A stretch of DNA of 63,793 nt, filler included, from Sphacelaria rigidula (taxonomy: Eukaryota), in NCBI GenBank assembly GCA_964200075.2. It is 7 parts of 7 records of this genome, joined end to end, with 100 filler letters (N's around TTAATTAATTAA, not from the genome) between each part and the next. Parts side by side here need not be neighbours in the genome. Positions count along the whole stretch, not along the records: positions 9,130 to 18,157 come from CAXNAA020009472.1; positions 18,258 to 27,285 come from CAXNAA020009473.1; 5 more parts are not named here. One strand, written 5' to 3'. The translations under genes were made by a program, and so were the position numbers. This document shows, one piece after another, positions 12,727 through 26,879 of the stretch. A model generated the notes under the pieces. That model was given only the letters and a program-made list of their open reading frames with translations, did not search any database and was not told the origin of the DNA. The stretch's first letter is position 1, and each line of letters opens with the position of its first letter.

Positions 12727-15700
12727 ACGCCAGGGTGGGAAAACAAAGGAAGAGAAGGAAGAGTTCTGATATGTGTGTATATTTTTTATTCCTTGCTTGC
12801 AGCGAGGTAGACTTTTTTTTGCGTGTGTTTTATATAGTCTTTGTATGTGCTTGTGTTACGTGTGTTGATTCTTGAAAATCATGAGAGCGAAGGCGTGCTT
12901 GGCTTGAAACATGAGCAGGGATTGTCGCCGTGCAGTCACGTTGTTCCGTGCATGGCCGCTACGGTCTTTACACTTCGGTTTTTGTCAGCCATGTGCACTA
13001 GTGAATTGTGTAAATGAGGTGGGGGTGCCCAGCCTCGAGTGCCGTGGTTGGACTAGGGCGTAGCCAGGAGTGTGCACATGTGATCACGTTTTTTGTGCCA
13101 GGCGTACTGTGTGCCATGTGATCTGAAGCGGCATGCTTGTTTTTTGTAATCCCGTTATTGTCTTGTCTATTGAGTAAGGGTACTTCATGCCGTGCAGGTC
13201 TTCGGTATAAACTTGCAGTCGCGCGATCGGCATGTTTGGCTATGCACAGCTATTCCAACCCCCCCCCCCCCCCCCCCCCCCCCCCTCCCCCTCCCCCGCC
13301 CACTTCCCCCCTACCGCCGCCCTCAACCACTTCCACACCCCAGTGCGCGCACGCCAGTAAAACTCAGTGTGTCACCTGTGGCGGTCGGTGATTTAGTACC
13401 TTCTTACCCCTCCCCACCCGCGGACGATGGATATGTCCGACATTTCGCATTTGGGGGTGTCTGATGTTGACATTGGAGATTTGAGTTCTTCTCTCACGGT
13501 TGATATGAATATTTGAGTGTGTAGGGGTGTATGCACGCATCTGTTGTTGGTCGTTCTGCAGCATGGAACATACCAGCCTCCCTTGCCCCAAGGGCGGGGA
13601 CAGACGATGTTGTGCGTGTTCAAGTATGGGCTGGCTTGGCTCTGTGTATGGGAAGTACGGTGGGCTTTCATCCTTGTCCCTGTAACCAAGTCTTGTGTGG
13701 CTGCGCCTCCAATTCATGCGCACAATGTGAAAAAAAAAACGAAAAATTATCGCGCGTCCCCTACACAGCCGAAACGCCACTTTGTTTGCTGACGGATACG
13801 CGCATGCGCGCGCTCTCAGACCGCAGTATACGCACGAATTCATGATTTCGCACAGCTCTCTCTCTGTTTTGTCATGTATGTTCTGTGCGCGCGTTTGTAA
13901 GCTCCGCCTAACCCGGTGCGTGCATACTCGTTGACGACAGTAGATCGTTGTCCGTGCTACATTGAAGTCGGTACCGTGCGCGGTTGTGTTGGATGCAACA
14001 ACACTTGCTTCCACCTGAAATATATACTTGTATGACTTATGGCACAACGGGGACTGGTGCGGAGTGTTTGAGCGATTTTTGCTGCGCCATACAGACAAAG
14101 GTTCGATTGCGATGGTTGCTTTACCCTCCCTAACCTCGTCCCTCGGTTGCAGGGGAGAGTCAGTGCTCGGTTCTTGACTGTTCTTCCGTGTTTCAATCGT
14201 TTTGCTCGAGGAAGCGTTCTTCCCAGAGTTTTGTTCATTTTGGTGTCCTTTGTTTTGTCTTTTGTGGTCACATGTTCTTTGCTCCCGTTTCACGGTGCGT
14301 GGACAGATGAATACCCAGTATGCGAGTATGGTTTGCCGAAGACGTTCCTATCTTGTTACTCACGGCACTGTTATGTCAGTCAGGTACTGAAAGTCATATT
14401 TGAAGGAGTCTTCGGCGTGGGTATGCGAAATATGTCCTTCTCTGATTGCGCATCGCATTCTGTAGGGGACCGAAATTCAAATTTGGTTCACGTGTTGGTC
14501 GAGAAAACTGGGCAGGGCGCTTGATCGCCATCTCGCGAAATCGACCCAACCTTGCTCTCATAAACGGTAAAATCATGTTTCGGGCAAACCCATCTTGGGA
14601 ACTGTTGATCGTTTGAGTAACCGTGATGGGTGTCGCTTTCCAGGAGGTGTGTAGGAGCGATATGCGCGGCAGACATCAAGCTCTCTGTCCTCAATGCCTC
14701 GTATTTTTAGTGTATCTGGACTTCATGGGCAGACACTGATGCTGGATGCTGGATGCTGGAGGCGTGATAAGCTTGGGTGATGCTTGCTGAGTACTCAGCG
14801 CGTACATCGACATCGTCGAACAGACGATTATTGTGATTTGCAGACGAGGCACGAGGGGGCATACACGACATGGCGTCGTCACGTGGTGCGTTCCGAAACA
14901 CGACGAAGAGCCCTGTCATGAGGAGCCCCCACGGTGCTGACTGTTGCTGCATGTCACAGCTTTTCCTCTTGTGCATGTTTTTTGGCGGGGGCTGTCGACA
15001 TTCTGATGTTGGCCTGTTGGGTTGTTCTTTATTCTCAACTTAATTCTCAATTCTGTTATGAGCCGGCCTTTCCGGTGGGCTTCATGAACGGCAGCGTGCG
15101 TTGAAGCCATACTTGCATACAGCTTGTATATTTTCTTGTGTCGTGATAACGAAATTCGATTTCAGCGAAGTTTTTCGTACAAACCCGATCGTTTTTTTTT
15201 CCTCCTCTTTTTTTCCTTGTCTTTTTGTAAGAGCGTCCGCGTGATGTGCGTTTGTCGAGAGTTGGAGTTTCGCTGGATTTACTTTGCGAACGTTTTTATC
15301 GTGTGGTCTCAATATCAACACCGTAGTATCGTGGCAGCACGTTTCCGTGATGCCGGGCGGTTTGTTGTGTATATTTGCTCTTTGTTGCATTGGTGGAACG
15401 AATGGCTTTCTGGGGTGAGATGTCAATTTTTAAGCAGAGGTGAAGGGCTCTTTCCTGGATTGAGGTTCTCCATCGATGCTTTTGTCCCCCAGTTCTATCT
15501 CTTCGTTCTCCCTTTGGATGAATGGAAATAGATACGTGGCGTTTCTAATCCGCCGGCGCGTCGCTGGCGGCCATGCCTGTAGTATAGAGCTCTGCTGCGT
15601 TCAGTCAAGTTGGATTCATGTATTCCATATTTCGTTGTTGTTCTTGTCGGATGAAGAATGAAAAGCGCCTACTCGCTGAACCGTGGTAGTTCTGATTAAA

Positions 15701-16449
15701 TAATAATAAATAGCAAAGCGTGGCCCTCCCCTCTCTTTTGTCAGTTGTGCAGTCCTTTTTTTTTAGTGCTTATCATGATTTGGCGGCAAAAATTGTCGTT
15801 GCGCATCGTGGGGACGGTGAGATATGATAGGCTGCATTATTTTCGCCTCCCTTCATGCCGTACCGTGGTGTGGATTGTGGGATGATGTGTACAAGATGCG
15901 TGTTTGTGGGTGCTGGGTAATGAGGGATGGGGATGGGATGTGTAGCCGGGTTACCGTGATGGGTGACAGGTGGTGTGGGGGGGCGCGTTTTTATAGATAC
16001 TTTCCACACAGCGAGGGATTCGAGAATACCAGGATACAAGGAAGGACTAATACATCAGTCAGGGGGTGCAGGAGTGAAGATAATTTAATTTTATGATATA
16101 CTTACAAGCAATAAATTCTTCGGAGACGTTCAAGTCTTTTTTGGGTATGGAAAGCAGGCGAGACGGGTTGAGTATTGGTGTGTGAGGTGCGCAGTGTACA
16201 GTTTCGGTAAACCGTCAGGACAGCAACGATCGTAGTTCGAGATCCTGGTGCAGTCAATCTGGTGAATTAGTTTGCCATAGGTGCGTCAAATCTAATCAAC
16301 CAACCTCAATAGCAAAAAAACAGTTTTTTTTTCTTCTTGTGTGTACGCAATTCTGTTTGTTTCGTCGCGGTTCGGAGATTGTGCGATGTTTGCGCTATTC
16401 GGCGGGAGTGACAAAATGTTGTCCCATCCCTACAGATACTCGTGTTCAC

Positions 16450-17100
16450 GGCGAAACGGAATGTGCAAACTGGCACACCGTTGTTTTTATTATACTTGAA
16501 AAGTTTTTTCGTGCCCACAAGACATGGGGGAAACGGTCGTGCGCAAGCCAACTTCTACGTCGCTTCCAGCGGCTGGAATGGACTCGCGCAACAACAGTAG
16601 TATCCAGCCGTTCTTGAAGCAAGCGAGTTGGTCGATCTCCGATCGTCTCCCTCACATTTTTCGGTCCCCTCCACCGGCTCACACTGATCCATCCGTACGA
16701 CAGTGTCGAGCCGTTTGTCGAACAAGCAAGCTGGCCCATCTCCGCACCTTCTCGTGGCATCTTGTGGTGCCTCCGAACGGTTCGTATTGATCCGTCAGCT
16801 ACACAATATTCGTACGGCCGTAGGTAGTGTCGAGCCGTCTCTGAAAACCCTACTCAGGCAGTCCACAAGTGACGAGCGTTACTCCTTATGTCACCCATCA
16901 TTTCGTATTTTGCCTGGCCAAGAAAATTGCATCTATTTTTCGGACATGTCTTATTCCCAGCCCACCAATTTCTTCATGTCTCTTACGCCAGTCATTCTCA
17001 TACATTCGTGGGAACTTTCGTTGCACGAAGTTGACCGATTTCCTACCGTTCCATATCTTTTCGTCATGTCCCACCTTTCAACCCGTTGACGGCGAGCATA
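16450..17100 (-). mobile_element. Possible highly decayed Ty3/Gypsy integrase remnant
   Basis: Frameshifted fragments (FSWPG.IRND / EYA..CG) resemble the integrase zinc-binding region. Many stops; motif-level evidence only. Confidence 0.25.
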
Positions 17101-17188
17101 TGGTCATATGCCGAATCAGCTTCGATTTCACTTGAAAAGAGTATGCATAATCCAGATGGACTACCATCGCGCTTCAACCTGGGGTTGA

Positions 17189-17286
17189 CCCTTCGACCGC
17201 GAGGTTAGTCTTCTGTTGAATCGGCATCAATTTCGAGTGAAATAAAGGATGCATGATGCAGAAAGACTAATCTCGCGGTCTAAGGG
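17189..17286. mobile_element. piggyBac-like MITE, copy 2
   Basis: CCCTTCGACCGCGAG.TTAGTC ... GACTAATCTCGCGGTCTAAGGG, with flanks TTGA/TGAA. Confidence 0.55.
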
Positions 17287-19098
17287 TGAAGCTGAATTTA
17301 TTCCGGGAAATTTCTAATCATGTTTTTTTTTCGAAAATCTTGAGGGCTCAATTTCTTTCGAAGACATTTCTTATGAGCGGTCCGGCATGCACTACTGTAA
17401 TAATATAAGGATAGAGAAGGGGCGCCCGCAGCTTTTTTATCAGCTAAAAATGAAATCAAGGGCGGAAGAAGTGGGAATCTTCCTGGTTGGGCGAGGTCTC
17501 CCGCGTCAGCAGTGAAGAGCTGTGCGATCTCGAATCAGTAACGCCGCGAAGCCCCCCCCCTGGAATGTTGCTGAGAGACAGGTCATACAGGGCATAGTGA
17601 CTCGTATCAGACTGCGTGGCACTGATGAAGCGACATATGGGCGACATAGGCGAAAACAATGCCAAGCTTCATGCCTGGCATTCGGGTAAGATCGATGGTT
17701 AGACAAAAAAGTCGTTCAGTGATATGGAGGTGGGGGAAGGACGTTACAGCATCATCCCCGCCGCGCCCTCGTGTACCTTTTTGGAAATGTTGTCTCAGGC
17801 AACAACACGTGGCTGTTGTCGTGTACACACTGGACGACAGGTTACATTGTCAACAAAGTATACTACTTACAGTGACGACTATTGTTGTGTCTGCTGCAAC
17901 AGACAAAAGATTCCACACTGTTGTACACCGTGCACTTTTTGATCTTGTAGTCCTTTGTCCAGAGTGTGGCGTCATGATCTTAATTTTTTCACAACGGGCA
18001 CCATAACAGTGAATACGCCTTTCGCCCCTCCTTGTAAAAGAAAATGGCGAGTTCGACCCCCCCCCCCCCCCCCCCCCCCCTCTGTTCTTATCACCCCTTT
18101 CCCCTCTCCCTCCGCCGTCCCATGACTCTGCGTCTACTCTCCTGCCCCTCCTCCTGCNNNNNNNNNNNNNNNNNNNNNNNNNNNNNNNNNNNNNNNNNNN
18201 NTTAATTAATTAANNNNNNNNNNNNNNNNNNNNNNNNNNNNNNNNNNNNNNNNNNNNGGTAAGGTTTTGCGGGTATCTCACCACGAGACCCCAACCTCCA
18301 GGTGCATTTGACATGGAGGGGGCGATGACCCTACCCTATCCATACTGGTTACATCTTCTGCATTTTTGATGTGCATGTAAGGTGGTCAATCTTCATGCTG
18401 TTGTTTACATGTTAGGGGGCGGGGGTATTTTTGGCCGTTTCTTTCACGAAATTCCACCTCAAATCGTCGTTGAAGGCAACAACGTGTGTTCGAACGCGCA
18501 TGGTACCGATCAGGCACACTCATTCATAAAAAATGGCACCATTGTCACCCAAATACAAATGCACGGCGAGTGATTACTTCATCTGGCACACCTGTGAGCC
18601 ACTTTCCCCCCCGTGGAAGCAAACACCCCCTCCCCGATCATCGTAGCATCACTCTTCATGGAATTACATTACATTTTGTTTCTTCTCGTATGGCACGAGA
18701 ACGAGATAGCACGGAATCAATCAAGGCTGGTTTAGCTCGTTTTTTTTATTTTTTTGCTCTTGTCCCCTCCCCCTTACCCACAACGTTATTTTTATCCGCC
18801 TCTGCCGCGCGCAAACATGTGCCAGACTCTTTTTTACTGCAGTCCAATCAATAGATTTTAACTCATCACATTGCGCTGACCCTGCCGGGTAATACCCTTC
18901 CAATGAGCATAAAATATTTACTGTAACAGCGATAGAGCACTAAAGCATCGCAAGCGCGCCCTACCTTACTGTTAACACTTTGCCACCACCATATATATAT
19001 ATATTTTTGTCCTGACCTTTTCATCGCTGCCCGCGATTCCCTATTTCGCCTCTCGGCATTTTTTTCCCCGTGTTTTGTCGGCGTCGAATATCGATCAG

Positions 19099-22000
19099 GT
19101 ATCACGGAGCGTTGGTGGGCGTGGTCCTCGAGACGTTGCGGCGACGACCAAATGCGCTGATACTATTCGCGTCCACGGTGAGCCAGCAGCAGTCTGGTTT
19201 TTGGTACCCCCGCCGCCGCCCGCGGCTTCGAGCGTGAGCCGCTGGTTTTACACAAGGAAAAAAGAGAATGTAAAGTTTGGAACAGTGTGACGGATGACGA
19301 ATTCGTCTCTGCGAGCTTGACCCCTGTGCCCACATGGGCCAACGTGAAGAGTATGTATGGTCGTCGAGAGATCGCAATGCAAGAGGTAGGTAATGTTTAC
19401 GTTCAACTGATTCCATGGTTGAGAATTAAGTCCAAGGTGGTTGTGTTGTGTAGGGTATGTACCCGAAAATGGGGGATTTTTGGTCGGCGTACTAAATCAT
19501 GCCGGAGTGTGTATCGAACCTTCCGTGATGGTTTGGTGGGGTGTGGAGCCCTGTTTCTAAAATAGTCCGGCATTGTTCGGCAGAGCATGACCCGGTTAAA
19601 CATCTCTTATGTACTTGTGTAAATAACAGCCAATCATCGAAATTGAGGATGGAGCTTTTCATTGAGGATGAGAACCCGGACGATTAAAATCTTCGTATCC
19701 ACACCAAATCTTCGAAATGTAGTTCCATTCCTCCACCCACTGATGGCTATTGACAATTACTACACGTCACACAAATTTGGATTTCGATTACCGAAATGTT
19801 GCGGTACTAGTTGAAGATACAATTTTGGAGAATTTAATATGATCCGATCGGATCGCCGAGATTCCTAGAAACTGGTTTTCCACGTAGAACCCCCACATTT
19901 CGGTTATCGAGACCCAAATTTGTATGGCTCGAGGTACTCGTCAATAGCTACCAGTAGGTCAAGGGATGGAACCATGTTTCCAAGATTTGCCGTGGATACG
20001 AAGATTTTAATCCTCTAAGGTCTCATCCTCAATGAAAAGCTCCATCCTCAATTTCGATGATCGGCTGTTAAATACCCTAATTTCAGCTGCTATACCCCAC
20101 AAAACCTAACCTTGGAACATACTGTGTTTCTTTTCGTATAAAAACGCCAAGGCTAACCCCAACCCAAACCCCAGCTCCAACGCTAGCCCAAGGCATACCG
20201 AGAACCCTCGGGGAACGGAGGTGCGTATGATGCCCTACAGTAGGCAAAGGGTGCGTTGGCAGAGCTCAAATCGGTGCCCCCCTTGATACGCGTCCTGCTC
20301 ACACCCTGGTGGGCACGCGGGACTGTCAGCCTCCCAAAAGATCCGAATGTCACAGTCTACGCTAAAACCAATGGGTTTGTTTAACCATGGTATATGTCGA
20401 CCAGTTCGCGTAGACGCTGCTAAATCACAACCTTGTGTTTTTCAGATCGTAGATCGCATATCGTAGATCGCAGATCGCAGATCGAGGATCGCACGAGCTG
20501 GGCCAGCCGTAGTTCCCGTGTATTTCGAGTTATTTCAACTTCTTCTGTTACCCGAATCAGCCCGATGTACAATAAAGTATATCACTGTGAACTGCAGACC
20601 AAACTGGTGATGCGCGGCTCTGTCGCTGCTCGATTGGCGCAGTTTTGGCGATGGCGTTATCATTCTGCATTCAGTACAGGGTGTGTCTCATTCCGTGGTG
20701 TGATGGCGTGTTTTGGAGTTGTGGTTTTTTTTATAGATGAAACGCGGCTGAATTACATTGAACAGTTACACCGTAACGGGCATATGTCAACTCTGACACG
20801 CACGGCTAAAAGCGCACGCCCTGCTGCGAGATGGCATCAAGCTCGTCAGCAGCTCGACCATGGGAGAGGACCTCTCCGAGCCGATTGTCACATGCAACGA
20901 GCACACAGGCACAAATACTACTTGAAACTGCAGTACACCCGCCCCAGTAAGAATTTTGTGAACAAAATGTCCCAAGTCTTTGAACCTCGAGAGGAAGCAC
21001 AAGCAGTGGCTCATGTTTTGCAACTGGGCCTCCAGGGAAGCGGGAAAGTACCCTAGATGAGCCTTGGAGAAAAAGCCCAACCTAGGCTACGCTGTGTCAG
21101 ACCCTTTTTGCGCATTTTCGGGGCAGAATCTAGTGTGAAAGTGCCGAAATCACCTTTTCCAACTGAAGAAAAATATCTGCGCAAGAAACTACCTCAACGA
21201 CGGAAACCGGATTCCGCTTAAAAAGAAACGGATATGTCGCGATTCGAACTCGTGACTTCCGTATTTAGAACCATCTGTGCCACTTTGACGGCCGGGGCGC
21301 AGCAGTGCCGCATGAAGAGTGAGAGAATACGCAGCCTAATTCTAGGAGTTTTGAGCTGAAATGCTACAAGAACGTTCTGCAGGCATGTTTGCATTCTTCA
21401 CGGAAGCCACCATAGTGTTTTCCCGTGGAGTGATTTATGACCTCTTTTTTTTGCCGAAAGTTGTAGTCGCTCAAACTTCGTGCCTTTGATATCTGTTTTC
21501 TTCGTTTTTCTTGGGTACGTCCATCAGGAGACCACGGCTGGACCCCTGGGGGCTCAGTTAGAGTGCGACAATCAATCAATCAATCAATCATCGATAAATT
21601 TCTCCGCTGCTTCCGTTACTCCTCGCGTATTGGTTCTATAAATTTCGTGTCAAAATTTCAGCTCCTACCTCTTAAAATCAAGCTGCGCCAGACTTCTCAG
21701 CTGCCAATTGGAACTCTTGGCTTGCCCAGATCGTATATCCTACTTTTTTGTGCTGGCTTTGACCTGAGCGATAAGGCTGTTTCAGTCCGCGTACCCCGAC
21801 TGAAACGAAGGTTGAAGTCCTCCCTCGCGGGAGCAAACGAGATGGCAATGTCTGATTTTTTTCAAATGATAACAACCGACCCAAGTTATATACAGTAGAA
21901 TAACTCCTCTTTGTTTTTTGTTTTGTTCTTTTGGGGGGCGGAAGAGTGAACCCCCCCCCCCGACCGATTTCGCCTCCGGTTGGTCAACTTTGAAAGGCAC

Positions 22001-24693
22001 CGTTGTAGCTTCACCGGATGTTACCGGATCGATGAAGTATACACGACACATGGTTTCTACGAATGAGGGCTTCATACTTTTTTCTCGGGGTGCATGTGCT
22101 GTATAGACCGTCATTCAGGGCCACGTGACTACGGCTTGTCCCTGCGGCATCACTTGAAGTGCGACAGTCAAGATCAAAGTCATAATTATTAAGCCAAACC
22201 GCGGAATCTCGAGAACGGTCCCTGATCTGAACAAAATGTTAAGATCCGATCGCTAGGCATACACTGCGTTGTGCGGAGCAGGATGACAGCCTCGAGTGAG
22301 TTACTTCATTTTCTGGTATTTCCACTTCCAGAGACAGCCACGGCTTGTACACTGCCTCATGGGTGTCTCGCCATTCAAAATTTAAGCGTGTATCGGGGGG
22401 GAGGAAGGGGGGTGTACTCATGATCTTGCATGCCGTAGCCATATGACCATTGACCTCGCAGCCCTTAGAAGCCAGGACGGGGCACGCCGAGGTTTCGTCG
22501 AACCAGGCTCATACCGGGGGGGGGGGGGGGGCGACACCATTTGTTGCTTGGTTTTGCCTTTACAACATTCACCACGCTCACCNNNNNNNNNNCGTCGTGC
22601 GTACTCATTTGTTGCTTGCCTTAGTCGTTTGACCATTGACCACGCATCCCTTTCGAGACGGAGCACCGTATAACCAGGTAGAGAAAGGCTGATCCACGGA
22701 GACCACAAAGTCGTCCCGAGGAAGGAGAGGAGTCCAAGCCGTGACAAGTTAACACTAATAAGAAAAAAACGCAGCCGGAGCGGTTTTTCAGGGCACGATG
22801 CTTGCTTCATGGGCGCTGTCAGCTAACCCAGTGAAAAGCTGGAAGATGCTGAAAGTTCATATGGCCAGTTACAGAACATGAATTATAAATTGGAAGTTGA
22901 AAATGAACGGGATACGATTATTGTGTCTGAATCCATTACAGAGACTCAGACTATATTTTCCAGAGTTCGTTTACTTGGAAAAACACTTCCAACAACTCAA
23001 CCTTAAGAAAGAGGAAAATCTCGCAAGCGGCGACAATCCCGGTTTCATTTTTTTCCTGCCATGCTTCAGAAGCCACAGCAACAAGACAATTTAGGCACCT
23101 CACGCCACGAGCGAGACTTGCTAGCTGTTTAACCACGAAAGTCTAAATAGAGTGCTGTCTGATCCAGTTTTACTGGCTGTGGCTCACCTGTTATCATGCT
23201 CATTGCCATCGTCGTCTTCGGCATCATGCTCTTTTTTCTCACTAGTTCAGAGATGATGGGCGTATTGCTCTTTGTGTCGAGACGCGCATGTGCGTATTAC
23301 GGAGGAACATTATTATTAGCAGTAGGAGTATAACAAAAGTAGTATACAGGATTGGAGGCACGCCAACAGGAAATATCCACGAAAGGAGCCATAATTGTTT
23401 GTGTGCATTTGTTTAAAAATTATTTTGTCGCTGGCCGCTAACCGTGGGCACCTCGCGGTTCATCCGAGCTATCGTTTGTTGAAAAGTGACACATGAACGC
23501 CCGAGTTACGTCCGTTCATGTACCCACTCGTACTAACAAGGTTCCCCCGTAATAGTACAGTACAGTACAGCGCAGGTTGCTCTATTAGTTCCACCACTTT
23601 GTGTTCTTGCTTTCCCGTCTCTTCCCTTTTCTCGCCTGTGTTCAGTTCCACTTGGGTGATTATACACTGCTCTTTCCCCCCCTTCTCCGCCCCCCGAACA
23701 CATCGCCGCGTTTTGCGCTCGGTGATTGACTGCGAGCCTGATCAGCCGATAAACCGGCGTGTCCGGTCGCGGCTTTGTAGAGATGCAAGGTCAATCGTCT
23801 TATGACTACGGCATGCAAGATCATGAGTACACCCCCCCCCCCCCCCCCCACCAAACAAAACGGAGGATGAGCCCAAACACCGCGGAAAAAAAGGGGAAAA
23901 AAAAGAGGAAAAAACATAGGGGGGACGATCACAATACTAGGAGATGGATGCCTACAGACAGCGAAACACGAAGGGGATACGATATTGCAAACGACTTTCG
24001 TGTAATCTATGGAAGGAATGTAATAATCACCCGACTATTTGAGGTGTCGTTATTAAGAGTAGAAACGGTGCTCCGTCTCGAAAGGGACGCGCGGTCAACG
24101 GTCAACTGACTAAGGGAAGCAACAAGTGAGTCAGCCCCCCCCGTCCCCCGTCCCCCGTCCCCTTTTTCTTTCTCCCGCCAACGACGGCGATCAATGAACG
24201 TATTTGCCCTCTGTCATGGTGGCGGGGTGTGTACATCGAGCAGCTTAGGAACGCAGATACTATGGCCGGGTTTCACCGCTGCCTTGAGACAGCAGGGGTG
24301 CCTTTCCGACACATCCAATTTCCCGCCCCTGCGGAAACAGGCTGCGTCAAGACACCCCCAACCGCTACCAACACCGGCAACCCACATGACGTGCAGTCGA
24401 CAGGATCTTCAGATAGGAATCCTCCTTCCCGTGGAAAGAGACGCCCCGCGTTCGGTGGTGCGGCTAAGGACGAGGCTTTTGCATGTGCTACCCTTCCGCC
24501 GTACCCTGCGAAGTCGGGCCGGCGGGCGCTGTTTCAGGACGAGGGAAAGCTTGTGGGTGATGGAACTGCGCGCCTGTGGTCGCAGCCCGGCGAGGTGGAA
24601 AGGGTGCGGGTGTGCGTTGTTGGACGAGGCGCCACAGCGGAAGAAGGGGGTGTTGGTGTGTCTTCGAAGTATACATGTGATCCCCGATATTAG
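19099..24693 (+). CDS. 3' part of an EEF2KMT/FAM86-like protein-lysine methyltransferase (Methyltransf_16 family)
   Basis: Exon 19099-19177 (cag|...ACG|gtgag) splices in phase 0 to terminal exon 24244-24693 (cag|CTT). The join gives YHGALVGVVLETLRRRPNALILFAST-LRNADTMAGFHRCLETAGV, like the ST(V/L)RNxxT motif of EEF2KMT homologues. The 5' exons are off the contig. Confidence 0.6.
19624..20070. mobile_element. Foldback MITE with ~200-bp inverted arms
   Basis: TAACAGCC.ATCATCGAAATTGAGGATGGAGCTTTTCATTGAGGATGAGA... is matched by its reverse complement ending at 20070. Confidence 0.85.
21480..21592 (+). mobile_element. 3' end of a non-LTR retrotransposon with an (AATC)n tail
   Basis: GAGACCACG.CTGGA..CCCCTGGGGG.TCAGTTA..GTGCGACAATCAATCAATC. 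An inverted homologue lies at ~33445-33545. Confidence 0.55.
22405..22512 (-). mobile_element. Poly(C)-tailed repeat, family B (5'-truncated copy)
   Basis: GGGGTGTACTCATGATCTTGCATGCCGTAG.CAT..GACCATTGACCTCGCA.CCCT on the + strand, with G-runs on both sides. Other copies at 8975-9029, 23695-23850, 51596-51935, 53315-53413, 53428-53535 and 62395-62725. Confidence 0.8.
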
Positions 24694-25934
24694 CACTGTT
24701 TTTAGAAGTTCGTGCGGTTCGTACAGTAGCAGCGTTTGTTTCGCTTCAGAGCTTCGGCCTCCACATTTGACGAGAGAAGGAATGTTTCGGCGGTAGTACG
24801 GAATGCCTAGGAATGTAAACATATGCACGAGGCCAACAGGTTGGGGAATATTGCACCAGCACATGTTACCAATGCACTGCAATGGTGTGTGTTGTCATCC
24901 CACCTGTTCGGGATATTTTGCGTAGTAAGTACAATTGTAGTATTGCACGAGTAATAGAGAGAGAGCCACTACATTTGCGAGCGCTGTGCGCGCATTTCCC
25001 CTCGTCGATCCCACCCAGTTCACAGCTCAACAGGAAGCGGAGTACAGTCAATATTTTGCATACCCACATAAACCGGAGTCTAGGGCACTCCCGCGTGAAC
25101 TCGGTGAGCCATTTTTTCCTATTTGAACGATGGCATTCCAGGTCATCCTTGCCGGGCAATTTGCGAAAACGATTGGATTTCCGTGATCAGCTCGTTGTCC
25201 CCGTCTAGCTCCACCCGTTAGTAATCAATGAGTTTTGCTTGACTGCTAAAGCACGAGCAGGGGAAAAGCGCCCATAGCATTTGTTTTTGCGGAGTTTACA
25301 CGTGGCAGAGTTGTCACCGCGTGATATGTGTGCACTAGTTTGCTCACGGGAGGAAAAACCTGCCCGAGAAACGCAGAAAATGACAAAGTGAAGATTTGTT
25401 TTCGCAGAGCACTCTCAACAGTAAGAGCGATAGTAACAAGAATCCGCGCACGGACGAGGGATGCGGGGGTAAATTTCGGTGTTGAAATCTCATGAAAATA
25501 GTGTGCTAAATGGATCAAGGACAAGTGTAAATAATCCACGGACAATGAATGCTGCGACAGTCCCCCTCCCAAAAAAACAAGCAAAAACAGCCCCAAAATT
25601 GCCACGAAGAAAGGGGCCACATTGCGCATAGAGGAACATCGCTCGAAATGAAACATGTAAAATAGTACTTGGGGGTACTGTAGTCCATATTTCCCTGTTC
25701 AGAATCGAAATTTCCTTGCTTGAACGTTTTGTACCCGTCACAATGGACGACTGCTTCCCAACAAAACCATACGTCACTTCAGAACTTTCCCTGCGCGCTA
25801 ATCCTAACCTCCACAGTTGTCACATATCATATCCGAAAGGAGTGTGCCAGCACTTCCGCTAGGCAGTTCAGACTCCCTTTGGGACCTAGGAGGAGAGTTT
25901 ATTTCGAAAAACCGTACAATTGACCCTGAGCATG

Positions 25935-26535
25935 CACTGTACAGTACTACATTTTAGGAAGGTTTTGCAGGCGGTAGGCTCGTCAACCCAGTGGCGGGAT
26001 AGATGGAGCCGTGTCTCTCCCGCACACCTGACAACATATTCGTGAGATTCAGAGCGTAATATCGGATTCAGAGTGGATGCTCTAGCGTTCCCAACAGGTA
26101 ACCTTTTTTTAATTTTCTTTTTGCTTGAGCACACGTCCTGTGCATGCAGCTACCGTACAGTATCCCATTCGACGAGTTCGGCGGTCTGGTTGGTGAGATA
26201 CCGAACAAAACATTTTTACGCCTGGGCGGGGCATTTCGGCCCGGAACTGTTTCAGGCACTAATCGGTTTTTCCTGAAAGAGTTTTTTTTTTTTTGCAATG
26301 GACTGACGGCGTCGTTGCGATCAAGTGATGTGTCAAATTAATCGTGTAGGTGACAGCTTTCATTGAAGCCGCCGCTTCACCAGCTGGGCGCATTACTCCT
26401 CGAACTGTGGGGATGTCAAAATCGACAGGGAAGTCCACTGTTTCGGGTCTCACTCTGAATCCGATGTTACACTCTGAATCTCACGAATATAGTGTTACCT
26501 CCTCCTATGAAATGCTGAGAACTACTGCACGTAGG
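25935..26535. mobile_element. MITE-like element with inverted arms
   Basis: ATATTCGTGAGATTCAGAG.GTAA.ATCGGATTCAGAGTG at ~26035-26075 is inverted at ~26450-26490, with weaker outer similarity. Confidence 0.55.
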
Positions 26536-26879
26536 TGATGAAGCACATCTTTTGCATATATATAATATATACACATTGCTGTTGTGCAAAGGTACGAAAA
26601 TTACGGCGGGTGGGAGGTTGCCGTATATGCTGGAGTTTTTGCTATGGTTTTTCTGTGAAACTGCACATCATGCTTGGGCTGCCGTGAAAAAACTCCTGGG
26701 TTAGGGTTACATGATCGAAACCGCTTGCGAATCCCGAGCCTATTGGACAAAACGAATGAAATTTCGATGGAGACTTCAACCTCACCCAAATGTTGAACCT
26801 CGGAAACGGATCCAGGCTGTTGGAAGGGGATAGGAGGAAACCAAGTCGAAATACTGTCCATCGATGAAAGCACGGGGTA

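Noticed and set aside
13364-14293. 309-aa minus-strand ORF
   Set aside because: No recognisable domain or splice support; probably a chance ORF in repeat-derived DNA.
21230-21300. tRNA gene (B-box-like GTTCGAATC on the minus strand; similar at ~8325)
   Set aside because: No complete cloverleaf; at most a decayed tRNA-derived SINE head.
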